From Paecilomyces variotii (taxonomy: Eukaryota), in NCBI GenBank assembly GCA_004022145.1, contig RCNU01000001.1: a stretch of 64,000 nucleotides of DNA; one strand, written 5' to 3'. Numbering within the stretch: position 1 is the first letter of the stretch; each line of letters begins with the position of its first letter. A program made the translations under genes and the position numbers. Shown here one piece after another: positions 25,304 to 37,169 of this stretch. A model generated the notes under the pieces. It was not told the origin of the DNA, did no database searches, and saw only the letters and a list, made by a program, of their open reading frames with translations.

Positions 25304-26389
25304 CAATCGCCTACCGGAAGTCATTAGATTCTCGCTAAGCGCTTGGCAAGACCCACCTACCTATTAGATCTATATATCACATATTTGATCATTTAAACCC
25401 CTATATCCAAGAAAATTTGGTGTTTTCATATAGAATAATGACTGGAGATTCAATCTAGGCTAGTATTTAGTATGCCCATCCCTTGCTAAGATGCAAGCAC
25501 CGCATCTTTTATATATAGTCAGGATAATGTTGTCAATTACCCCTTAATCTATCTTATCCTATTCCTCTTGAATACGACGACCTAATTTAGCTAGAGAATA
25601 AATCTAGTGACGTTGTTTTGATATTTGGATCTTAATAATATGCCAGATATTTTTAATTAGGTTTAAATCAAGAGATCTTGTGGGCCAAACTATATGTTGC
25701 ATTATTATAGATTGTTGCTAATTTCTTATTACTTTAAAAGTATAGTATTGAGCTCTATCTTCTTGCCAAATAGCGTCACCATATTCTTTTATAAGCTCTT
25801 TGTAAAATGGGAAGGCATATTAGTTCAAAATAATATCACAATAGATCTTGGAGTTCATTTGTAGACCCTTAGGGAGGATTAATAGAGCTTCCCTCTTTTT
25901 ATAGGCAATATAACCCCAAATCCTAATAGATGAATATCCTAACCCAAAGGCAGGTCTTAGATATTCAGATTCAAATGCCATGCCCTTTAGTTGTTTGACA
26001 TATCCCGGTGTACCATTATATCCAAGCTCGAAGGTAAATTTATTAGAGAACGTTCAGCTCATTTATTAAGCATAAAGGGATAACCTAATCGTTTTTGATA
26101 GTTATCTAAGGTCTTTTTATAGTATTCTTTCTCCTTAACGATATGGTAGATGGTAGATCTTAGGACATTTGTTTTAATGCTAATTTTGGGGGGCTTATAG
26201 CCTAGATTATAAAGCTTTAAGATAACTGCCACTGTAGGACCTGAATACTTATGTTTTAAGGTCTTTGGAATGCTAGGCATAGTGAGGAATATAGTGTTGT
26301 AGAGGGGAGGGGGTGGGTGAGTTGTCAATAGATTAATATAGATCTCCATGTGATTGGAAAAAAGTTCAATGACTTCTGGTAGGCGATTG
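25304..26389 (-). mobile_element. Tc1/mariner element, internally deleted and lightly RIP-mutated
   Basis: 22-bp TIRs CAATCGCCTACC(G/A)GAAGTCATT at 25304-25325 and 26368-26389 (21/22). TA target duplication at 25302-25303 and 26390-26391. Confidence 0.93.
25460..26280 (-). pseudogene. Tc1-family DDE transposase remnant
   Basis: MPSIPK..HTH..KRLGYP, FSNKFTFELG (FSDE motif), WQEDRA, WPTRSLDLNLIKNIW (WP..SPDLNPIENIW) and ending DGHTKY*. Contains stops and a frameshift. Confidence 0.9.
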
Positions 26390-27446
26390 TACCTCGGCGG
26401 CTGCTGTTTCGCACTGGCATACACAAGGAATAAATCCCTGCTTAGATCCAAGCCAAAACGTTATCAATACCTTTTTTTTTTGTTTTTGTTTTTTTTTTTA
26501 CTGATGCGTATTTGCTCAGGTATAGGAACAGGGCCCCCCGAACATCACCATGTAAATGTATTTATAGACTGTACTCATCTACATGAACCTTTATCGCTTT
26601 TGTGATAGATAACCATATTATTTATTGACTCAAGAAGTAAATATAGTCTGTCCGCTGGCATGCAAGAACTAGTAAATAGTACACTAACCCTGTCTATCAA
26701 ATGAATCTATAACTTCCATCCATATTTTTATGTGTGTTAATTATGTCACTTTGTCCATTTATATAGCAATTGTACTGAATAGATGTTATGCTCTCTTCTC
26801 TCTTGTTATCCCGGGCCCTCAGAGCATAGATCTCTGCGAATTGGAGTAACATATCTGTCAGTATCTTACCCCAGATATATCTGAGATTTCAACGAGATCT
26901 TCCATCTTAGGGTGTTGCCTGAGGAGCTTGGCCAGTAACATGACGTCGGCGCAGCCTCATGGGATTTAGCACTTGTGCTCGCTCTGATATAGTATAGTGG
27001 TGATAAACCAGAACAGAACTATGCCTAGTACTTATAAAACGTCGCTTCATCACCCTCTCTATCCTCGATTACTACTTCGTTCCATTACTTCGTTCCATTT
27101 TTGATACTGGTTATCGCATAAGCTATCTCAGATTATGCTGTCTGCTGGGATGTCGCTCACCTGGACCTTCATTAGCAGTCACTTTTGTCACCACCTCCCC
27201 TTTCAGCTAGTCTAATTGCTTCCATCTGAGGGTATTTAATATATTTTATATGCACGCAAATATAACTCTATATAGTTCCCTTAGGACTACAACTATAATG
27301 ATATTTCTCGCAGTGCCGTAATCGAGTATGTACCTTCTTCTCTAGAGAGTGCCTGCCTTTTGCCTATTGCTGTGTCCATGGTCGTTCCTTCCAATTGAAC
27401 TGTAACTGGAATCTTTCTTATGATCTTTCATCGCTTGGGAATCTCT

Positions 27447-27449
<3 letters not shown>

Positions 27450-27485
<36 letters not shown>
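27450..27485. repeat. (TC)n microsatellite
   Basis: About 17 TC units upstream of the 27579 ORF. Confidence 0.9.
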
Positions 27486-27489
<4 letters not shown>

Positions 27490-27578
27490 GATCACCATTT
27501 CGACAGATAGCAAAGCTAAGTACACCCCCAATAAACCCCATACACAAACATCTCCACTATTTCCACATTTGCTATACA

Positions 27579-28055
27579 ATGCCGTTCAATTGGTCTGACT
27601 TCGCTAGTACCCTGGTGTCTTTGGTGGTCACTTTGTGGGTGAAGGACTGGCTTCAATTCTTCCCTGGCTTTGGATGGCTCAGGCCCACTGCTTGGGCGGA
27701 GAGGTGGCAGGCCCAGCAGATGGCCAACGAGGCTAGGTCGGACACTGAGGGGCATCCGACGACAGACACTCCGCCGACCTCAAAGGATATGAAGGATTTG
27801 CTGACCCAGCTCAAAGGTCTCCGGTCAGACTTGGTCGCTAGGGAGGAGGCAGTCCTGACCCGAGAGGAGAGGTACAGTAATCTTGAGGAGCGGCTCTCAA
27901 TGATCGTGGAGCGTCTGGAGCAGATATCTTCTAGCGATGAAGGAAGTGCCCCTCGTGAGGGAGCGATCCACCGTCCTTCGAGCTTACCGCCGTTGCACGA
28001 GCGAAGCTCGTGGGATCATATCGATGATCCACGGTGGGTTTCCCGAAGTGTCTGA
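27579..28055 (+). CDS. Hypothetical 158-aa protein (Trp-rich hydrophobic N-terminus plus coiled coil)
   Basis: ORF with a good start context (acaATG) and protein-level similarity to the paralog at 23976-24433. Confidence 0.7.
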   Translation: MPFNWSDFASTLVSLVVTLWVKDWLQFFPGFGWLRPTAWAERWQAQQMANEARSDTEGHPTTDTPPTSKDMKDLLTQLKGLRSDLVAREEAVLTREERYSNLEERLSMIVERLEQISSSDEGSAPREGAIHRPSSLPPLHERSSWDHIDDPRWVSRSV

Positions 28056-28958
28056 GAAGTGACCATCAAAGACAACACCCAATGATCCCCTCCGGTTCGG
28101 GTCCAGATCGGTAGGGGGGAGGGTCACCAGCGACGAACTCGCACTTCTACGCAGTGCTGGTGACTAGTAGCCTTCGGGCGAAGCTAAGACGAGTTCATCT
28201 ATCATCTCTTTGGTTTCCGATGCACTGTTCCTCGGCGCTCCTTAGAGTCCTCAGCTCTCTCAACAACACCCCCCAACCCAACCCGACTATACAATCACCC
28301 CGGTGGCTTCGAATTGGTTTGGCGCAACCAGGGGGGGATAACTGAGTGCACGAGTTGACAGGCTGGCAAGCTTCGATATTAGGACAAGCTCACATGTGAT
28401 CCCAGATGTTTTAATATTTCGAACCCATGCTCTGTACTGTAGTTGCCCAGGATGTAGGGGCTCTTTCGCTTGTTGAGCGGTAGAACACGAGATTGACGGT
28501 TTGATTTCTCTGTTCCTCAGAACAGCACTGTCTGTAGATAAATGAATTTAGCCTCCTATACTCCGAGTCTCGTCCCGCATGACGCGGTATCCGCCGTACT
28601 TGACATTTTGTCTCCCCGGTTTGGAGAATGGAAGGGGCTTAAGAGCTTACGATCGTTGACGCCCTGCAGAGCATACGAGCAAATTGGTAGGAAGGAGGAT
28701 AGATGATGTAATGATCGCATACTGGTGGTATTGCAGTTATACGGAGTAAGAAGATCTCTCATTTCTAGTACAAATGCATTCATTAGCACAAACGACAAAA
28801 GAGCCGGAGTTGCTGAATGTTGATAGATCATGTCGATAACACACAAAACCTACACAAAAGCTGGAAACAAAAGGACCAAGTAATTACCAGGAACAACGGT
28901 CACCAGTTGGTCGATTGCCTCCGAACGCGCACGAGGCGTGATGGCGGCCCCCCGAACA

Positions 28959-30005
28959 TCACCATCGACGAAAACGACTCGAATACCAATATCTCCACAT
29001 TGCGTTCAAGGGTCTCCGAGAACCGAACCACCAGTTCACGGATGAAGCAACGGATGAAGCAACGCGAATATCTCCTAAATTGCGCACGCCCTTGACAACA
29101 CAGTGGAGGCCATCATTGGAACGACCAAGCAAGTAATACATTGTATCGCAACAACCGCACTCGTTCCTAGAGCGCCTGCTGGGCGAGTATAGCCAAGCAA
29201 TCGCATGAAGGTGTGGGCAGAGAGCTACGGGATCAGTATTTTTGGATGGCCGGTATGGTTCCTCGACGGTCGATCCAGAAAGGTTGTGCGGTTTCGTCCA
29301 GTGCACATTGAATCTAGTAGCGAGTATTAGGCAGTGGCTTGCGTCAAGTGTCACTGTCGTCGCAAGACTGATGAACGCGTCCTCATGGCTAGTAATTGAA
29401 CAGTGGTGAAGAAGTACACGCTTGTTATTGACCAACTGGGATTGGAATAACTCACGGATGTTTCGGTGAAGATTGAGACTGGGGGTTCCTGTTTCTAGCC
29501 ACTCGACTAGTTGTATGCCATGGAAGAAGGTCAGAGCAAGACAGGCGCATACATCAACAACCCACACATTATAGTTGCATAGTCGATCTGATGGTGGGTC
29601 ATTTGGTAGGGATAGAGTAAAACGATTCTTTAGATGAAGCTTGAGGCAGCCGCTGCAGTACATCCAGCGGTTATCTTCAAGCTTTAGTAAGAGCTCGTTT
29701 CTTGGAAGATGCGGCTGGCTCCCAATCAGCTCGTATGATCTGCTGGCCAAAAGTCTTGGCCAGGCTAGCCGTTCATCGTCAAAGACGCAGCGTAAGAGTC
29801 TATACAGAGGCTTGCAGGTGAGCGCGAGGCAAGCATGTGAGACGAGCGGTAAGTGTGGTAATATGAGTCGGAAAATATCGATTGGGAGTTCTAGGAGCGG
29901 AGGCAAAGGTGGTTGTTCGTCAGGGGATCCTCGCCGTTTAAGGAGATGAACGATGCACAGGACCCTTTTGATCCAACGAGTCATTCTTGACCAGAGCACA
30001 CGCAT
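28959..30005 (-). CDS. F-box-like domain protein
   Basis: 348-aa ORF with LLELPIDIFRLILPHLPLVSHACLALTCKPLY, then CSGCLKLH, LCPH and CGCC Cys motifs typical of expanded fungal F-box families. Confidence 0.75.
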   Translation of the reverse strand: MRVLWSRMTRWIKRVLCIVHLLKRRGSPDEQPPLPPLLELPIDIFRLILPHLPLVSHACLALTCKPLYRLLRCVFDDERLAWPRLLASRSYELIGSQPHLPRNELLLKLEDNRWMYCSGCLKLHLKNRFTLSLPNDPPSDRLCNYNVWVVDVCACLALTFFHGIQLVEWLETGTPSLNLHRNIRELFQSQLVNNKRVLLHHCSITSHEDAFISLATTVTLDASHCLILATRFNVHWTKPHNLSGSTVEEPYRPSKNTDPVALCPHLHAIAWLYSPSRRSRNECGCCDTMYYLLGRSNDGLHCVVKGVRNLGDIRVASSVASSVNWWFGSRRPLNAMWRYWYSSRFRRW

Positions 30006-30567
30006 TGTTGGACAGATGGTTTATAAGATATTGAGGGGGGAAAGTCGTTTATTATGTATTTTTGAAGGTCCATCTTCTTGGATACTATTACATACCCATT
30101 TGTCGGACATTGATTAATTACCTTTGGCTTATTAGGCAACATTCCCGGGATAACCAACCTTTTCAATCTGTCAAATTTGTAAGATTTCAAGATTATTTCA
30201 CTACGTACGACTCTAGGAGCAGAGCTCGTATGGGAAAATAACGAGAGTGGAGATCATTGCAGCCCAATATTTTTACGACCTAGGTGACTATAGTGGGGTA
30301 GATATACCAGCTCAAGCAGCTGTGCTGTGCTGTGCTATTAGAATTCGTCATGAATGCGATATGATTGTTGTATAGCTAGCTGGAGATGAAAAGCTTTCCT
30401 GGACAGAACCATACCATCCGGAGATATATGTAGACACATTCCCTCTGAAATCATCATAACGCCGTCAATATGATAACGTGAACAGAAACGCCGCCAAATG
30501 CAGTGCAGGTTCTTGATGTGGAATTTTAACAGGACTGGGAAAGGAAAATCAGATATGCAAGACTGGT

Positions 30568-33426
30568 TCAAAAAGCGCCGTGATCCGGTTGTGTCGTCTT
30601 TCCTCCCCGTCTCGTCCTTCTTCCAGTTGCCCATCCGTTGATGTCTTCTAGCTCCCTGACCTCGCCCACAACCAAAGGTTTGTTAGCTCCAGAAGCCGTA
30701 TCAGTCCCTTTACCGGCGCGCCTCATGAATTCCTCTCGCATGGCAACAGCATCTGGATCTTCGTAGTTGAGCTGCGTCATAGCTGGTGCTTCATCTTCTT
30801 CGTCCATTTCTCGGCTGGCTTCGCGGAACAGACGCGGATGGTCACCAGGGAAGTCAAATTTGCCGTTCATTATCGAGTTGAAACTCTGCTCGCCCCTGCT
30901 GTTACGAGGTGGCCTATCGTTGTTCGTGTCAGTATCGAGACTTTCTGCCCCACTGCCACAACCGTCTTCGTTGAGTGTATCGATGGAACTGGCGCGTGAA
31001 ATGGAAAAGGCCCCAGCTTGTTTCACTGAAGAGAAAGAACTTGCTCTTCCGAGGAGTGGCTTTCGTCTCTTCGAACGAGATTGTTGACTTGTATCCGCGC
31101 TGGTCGAAGAGGCGCGAGAACTAGCTCGTACTTGCTTGAGGAATCCGCTAACTGCGAGGCCGAGTGCTTTCGATTTACTCGATTCATCAGATGGTTTTGA
31201 GTCATCATCTTCTCCACGCTCCGAAGAGGCCCCGGGAGCAAGGTCCTTGCTATTTTCCTTTGTTGAAGAAAGTGATCTGGATGGGTCCCTAGGTCGGTCT
31301 ATTGAGATGGCCGTGGATGGATCCTTGACGGAGCTACCATTGGTAGTTGACGGAGCACTGGGCTTTGCAGGCAAATTATCTTGTCCGGCGGAAGCTTTGA
31401 GGGCCGCCTTTTCTGCACTTATTCTCGTGTCGTCTGTGGAAGGAGTATTATCAGCCGAGACCTTTTTGTCTTTTTGAGCTTTTGCTCTCTGTGGTCGTTC
31501 ATTGGTCTTCTCATTGGCTGTAAGCGGACTTGGTCCTATAGATCTGTCCTTCTGCGACGATCGTTGGACCAGGTATGGCTCAAAGGTTTTTCTCTGTCCA
31601 GTCTGAATAGAGATCCATAGCCAATCGGCAGATACTGCAGGGATGTTCCATTCCCTCGTATGTCGTAGCTTTTCAATATTTGCTGTGCGGGGGTCATTGC
31701 ATATAAGGACGGAAGCGCTCGGTGTTAGATATTCGTCATAAGTAGCACCTAGATGAATTAGTCTGAGAAGCACATTGAGGAAGGCGGCAATTACCAATTA
31801 GAGTGACGATTTTCGAAAGATGAAGTAGATCGATGCCAGCAAAACCAGTAGAACATATTTTCATGCCACGGAACCCTGGAACCGTTAACTAAGGCAAAGA
31901 GAAACTTTGAAAGGACAAGACCGACCTTCGATTGGGAATTCATTAATCAGGGTGCTCGCAACATGAGACTCCGGCGGGACGAAGGACCTGCAATCCAGAC
32001 ATCTCTCGAGCCACATCTCAGTTACGATGTCCACCTCGAATGCCATGTCGTCGGTTGAAGGTATGTCTGATCGTTTAGTTTTATGAGGAACGATCATATA
32101 GAGGCCATGGCCAATTTTTGGTATTGAAGGACTTGCAAACTCGTTCAAAGAAGGCACAATCTGGGCTCCATTGAACTCCAGATGTTGCTGTAAAACGCTG
32201 GTCTGAACACGGGTCAGTTTCTATAATTAGCAAGTTTACTGCGACCAACTTACCTGTTTCGAAGAGAACCCATGTATGAAGAAATAACAGTTATCCAGGA
32301 AACCCCGTTGTTTTTCAGAAGGGTTTGCATTCGATGACTGAGAGCGGGGTTCCAGCCGACCAGCAACTGTTGTCTCGCTTGCAAATGATTTGGCTTCCTG
32401 TATGACAGATCTGGCCTTGATAGGTGGAAGATCATCCACACTCCGTTGGTTGGTCTCCGTTTGCGCCTCATCAGAAGTGTCGAATCCCCTCCCCATGATA
32501 TCCCCCCAAATGCCTTCATTTTGATCACCTAGCTTCGTACTAGCGATTCTACGCAGCTTGCGAGGTCGTGGGTTGGATGAGTCCGTATGCTCAGATCTCT
32601 TGTCGGCGGGTGCAGGTACAGATCTATTCCATGCGCCAATTCCCTGCTTTTCGGTTGGCGTAAGTGGATGATAAAGTGTCTCTTCGAGGATCATGCCCCG
32701 GTCCAAACTGTCCGTAAACCATTTCACACTAACAACCTTGATATTCCATTGAGTAGCGAACTTGTACTTTTGCCCTTCTGCTTCTCGAGCGATCAAGTGC
32801 GTCACGCTCTTTGTGAGGTCTTTCCTAAAGTCCGCGCCATTTGCAGTTGCCGTGTTCTGAATATGATTCCTAAACGCCACTTGTTTTTTCTCACCATATT
32901 AGTGAAAAAATACGGGCCTGTTATGGAAGAATGTAACTCACAGTCGTCAAAGCCAGTAATGCAGATAGAGAGACCAGCAAATGTAGGAAACTTGTACTGT
33001 TCCTCCAAAGCCTTGATATCCGTATCCCCACCTTGGATCCATGACTGCCTTACAGCTTCGATCCATTCCGGCATTAACACAACAACGTCACTTCTTTCGC
33101 GCGCAACATATTTGTATTTGGGGGTGTTTGTCTCCCCGACTAATAGGTGTGTTACATCCGAAGTCAGGTCGAACTTGTGTGTCGCTCCCATTTGACTCGC
33201 AACCGTGGCCAATTCGGTCTATCGTTTGTGGGAGAAACCTGTCAGTATTGTTTAATAATAGTGGATGCAGATTCGACTATACTCACACGCTGCTCAGGCA
33301 AAATGGACGTGAAGCATAAGACCACCCCCGCAAGAGGGTGTTCTTTGTCTGCTAATGTTAGTTGGTATTGTCATTGAATCCTCATTCAGAAGTATCTGAC
33401 TCACCAAATGCTCCTCTCGCTGTCAT
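30568..33426 (-). CDS. DPB11: BRCT-repeat replication/checkpoint protein Dpb11/Rad4(Cut5)/TopBP1
   Basis: Multi-exon: MTARGAF|ADKEHPLAGVVLCFTSI, DLTSDVTHLLVG..TPKY, GLSICITGF, DLTKSVTHLIA..GQKYKFA, VTEMWLERCL, AVSADWLW. Four BRCT-like units. Confidence 0.88.
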
Positions 33427-33530
33427 ATTTCATGGTTGGAGCCCCGCTGCCATATCCTACCTGTATAGCCGGGGCGAAGGACTGGGGACTGCTTGCTTCG
33501 CCGAATATCAGGATGTCTCCGAATCTCCAG

Positions 33531-33969
33531 CCGCGCGCGTCAAGATAACGCGGTGTCACGTGACAATATAGATTTATAGAATGACACCACTCCATATCGT
33601 TCTCTGTGAGCTCACAGCTGGTTGGTTCGAAGATATGTTATTCTCGAAAATGAAACAGTCTCCTAGGATGCTATTTCTGAAAGACAGATGGCAAATATCT
33701 TATAAATTGGCGTCTTTGGTTCTCTAGGTATGAAGCTTGCAAAACCGACCACAAGACTTATACATATAGAAAGCAAGACTCACTAGTATGAACAGTTATA
33801 CAGTGTGTTTTCACCTATATCTCTACAGAGGAAAGCTCTGTTGTCCAGAGATAAAGTATTATCATCATGTTAAAAGAAAATCACCGGCTATTTCCCACTC
33901 CGCATCCAATCTTATCGCAATCAGTCACGTGAAATGAGCCATGTCGCGTCCCGTGTGAGTAGGCGCGAA
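33531..33969. promoter_or_regulatory. Divergent DPB11/PIF1 promoter with MCB-like (ACGCG/CGCGAA) and GTCACGTGA motifs
   Basis: cgcgcgcgt 33532-33540, acgcg 33548-33552, gtcacgtgac 33555-33564, gtcacgtga 33924-33932, cgcgt 33945-33949 and cgcgaa 33964-33969. Confidence 0.5.
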
Positions 33970-34077
33970 CTTTCAAACAATGAAAGTTTCCAGACCGATG
34001 ATGATATGGGAGGGTCTAGCTCCTAAGCCTGCTTTTCTTGCTATGAGCCTCTAACTACGCCTTTGATTAACTCTTAT

Positions 34078-36569
34078 ATGTTGACTTATGCTACTCGGGG
34101 ACGGGGTCTGGCTTTGATTGTGCAGGGCTTTTCTTGTCGTACGGCAACGCGGATCGGTTCCCCATATTCGACATCAAGCAGACGGCTTCAGTCATCTGAC
34201 GACTTAGACATGTTCAAGAAGGCAGTCCGAGACCATTCGGGTCCTGTGAAACTTTCGCAGTCTACTATTTCGCGTGTAAATGCACCGGTACAATCTACGC
34301 CAAATCCGCCATCCCAGCCCGCAGGCTTTAAGCGGAAGTTCGAAATGGCGAGCGCTGGCCAGTCCACTCTGAGCTCTCTACATAGCGCTGTATACTTCGA
34401 CGAGAATGATTTCGACGATGACGACGAATTGGATCTTGAAAGCCCCGACCCATTCCCGACGATGTCATCAACACCATCAACTCAATCATCCTTCAAGTAC
34501 CCGGCTCTAAAGCAATCATTCGCATCGAGCACATCCTCACAGACTAAGATGCCTGAGAAAACAGAGGTTCCAGCGGTCCCTAGGATCGAAAGTGATATCA
34601 AATATCCAGACTTGCCGCCAGTCCCAGCGAATGAAATGCCACCGCCTGATAACGTACCCTCGAGTAGCATTCCACTTCCCTGGTCTTCATCACCGCCGTC
34701 ACATATGCTGCCGCCCCCGAAACGCCGTACATTGCCGTGGCTGAAGAACGAAGCTGAAGAGGCCAACAACGAACCCGTGACGCCGGCAAGATCGAAACCG
34801 GCTTATCCATGGAACAAGACTATGAGTGCAGTTAAGGAAGAGCAGAAAGAATTGCGGCGACAAAATAAGAAGCGCCAACAGGTGGAAGGAAAAACAAGAG
34901 TACACCAGCCTCGTCAACGGGTTGCTTCATTGTTTCTCAGCGATGAGCAGCGTGGAGTTCTCGAAGCCGTTGTGGACAAAGGGAAGAGCATATTCTTCAC
35001 TGGTTCTGCCGGAACGGGTAAATCGGTTCTGATGCGAGAAATCATCAAAAAGTTGCGAGACAAATATAGGCGGGAGCCAGATCGGGTGGCCGTTACGGCC
35101 TCTACTGGCCTTGCTGCTTGTAACATCGAGGGCGTAACTTTACACAGCTTCGCTGGAATCGGATTGGGCAAAGAAGCTGTCCCTGAGCTTGTGAAGAAGG
35201 TAAGGAATTGTGGTTCAGTTGACTTGGAATTTAGCTGATAGCTTGAAGATCAAGAAGAACCAGAAGGCGCGGAATCGGTGGATGCGAACAAAGATTCTGA
35301 TCATTGATGAAGTATCTATGGTCGATGGTGATCTGTTTGACAAGCTAGAAGAGATAGCTCGCCGGATAAGAAATAATGGGCGGCCTTTTGGAGGGATCCA
35401 ACTTGTCGTCACCGGTGATTTCTTTCAGTTACCTCCTGTCCCTGACTCCAACCGGGAAGCGAAATTTGCATTCTCAGCCGCTACGTGGAACACTTGCATT
35501 CAGCATACTATCCTCCTAACCCACGTCTTCCGACAAAAGGACCCAGAATTCGCGGAGATGTTAAATGAAATGCGTCTAGGAAAGATCACCCCACGCACTA
35601 TTGAGACGTTCAAGAAGCTCTCCAGGCCTTTGGATTTCCATGATTCACTAGAAGCAACAGAGCTGTAAGCTTAACCGATCATCTCCTCAATCCCAATGCT
35701 GACGAATTAATTTTAGGTTTCCAACTCGCGCTGAGGTGGAGAATGCAAATAGCGCAAGAATGCAAAGGCTTTCTGGGGACTTGATGACATTCCACGCAAC
35801 GGACTCTGGAACTGTTAAAGATGTGCAGTTTCGAGAGAAGCTATTAGCAAATTGCATGGCACCACCTGTCATTCATCTTAAGAAAGGCGCCCAAGTGATG
35901 CTCATCAAGAACATGGAGGACACCCTAGTTAATGGCTCACTTGGCCGCGTAGTGGCTTTCATGGATGAAGCAACCTTCGATTATTACCGGCAGAACGAGG
36001 ACGAATTCGGTGATGAGGACGGGGCTTTAAGCGACGAAGAAAAGGCCAATCGGGCGCGCAAGAAGCTTAAGGCCTATGCCCATAAAGAGAGAGAAGGCGC
36101 TGTCACCACAGGCCGGAAATGGCCCTTGGTCTGTTTCGTTCAGCCTGATGGGACAGAGAGACATCTTCTCTGCCAGCCAGAATCTTGGAAGATCGAATTG
36201 CCCAACGGTGAAATCCAGGCTCAACGACTGCAGGTGCCCTTGATTTTGGCTTGGGCCTTATCCATCCACAAAGCGCAAGGCCAGACGCTGCAGCGGGTAA
36301 AGGTTGATCTCGGTCGCGTTTTCGAGAAAGGCCAAGCTTATGTGGCCCTAAGTCGAGCGACTTCCCAAGCTGGACTCCAAGTCCTGCGATTCGAACCGAG
36401 GAAGGTCATGGTGCACCCCAAAGTCATTGACTTCTACTCCAACTTGGTCAGTATTAACCAAGTTATCAAGCCCAAGTCCTCCAAACCGGCGGCTAAAGAC
36501 ACCCGTGATAAACATGACGAAGACTTTGATGAGTTTGAGGAGGAGTATCTGGCAGAAATGTACGCCTGA
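34078..36569 (+). CDS. PIF1: Pif1-family 5'-3' DNA helicase
   Basis: [48 protein letters not shown] and GQAYVALSR. Introns ~35200-35248 and ~35665-35717. Confidence 0.96.
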
Positions 36570-37169
36570 GGGCCTCATTGTCCCAGCAACTTATTTCCTA
36601 GCGTTGTGGCCATACCCCTTTCATTTACTGTATACCTTTCACTTTTTCAATTCTCTGCTGCATAAATAGAAGTTAGAAAGGTCGGCGCCAAGGTCTTCAC
36701 CATACTCTTAGAGAGATGTACGTTTTATGCGGAGTGTATAATCCTGGTCTTATCGTTCTAGTTGCGCCTATGAATGGAGCCTCTCAAAAAAAGATAGATA
36801 TCCCAAGAACAAGATATAATCAGAGACGCGTTCTATCTATATCCACGACCAAGTAATAGAGATGAATGTACATACTAAGGACTGCATAGTACATACTACC
36901 AGTACTGACAGCCAAAGAACCAGTTGGCTTGCAGAAAGAGGCTGTTATCTCTTATCGATAAGAGATCACGTGAATCCCGCAATCGATTAACTCCATCCGG
37001 AGCTGAGAAGCTGGCGTGAGTTTCACGGGAAGAACACCAGCCTCCGTCCTTTCCTCCAAACGCAACAACTGCATCTCTCCTCGATAATATCGTCCTATCG
37101 CATGATGCCCGCATTTATTGTCGCTTGAGGAATTGGTCTTTCTGCGAGTTGATAATTCCTGCGTTCAAT

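Noticed and set aside
26059-26451. 130-aa ORF as an independent gene
   Set aside because: It runs through the Tc1 TIR into the truncated transposase N-terminus; the true start is 26280.
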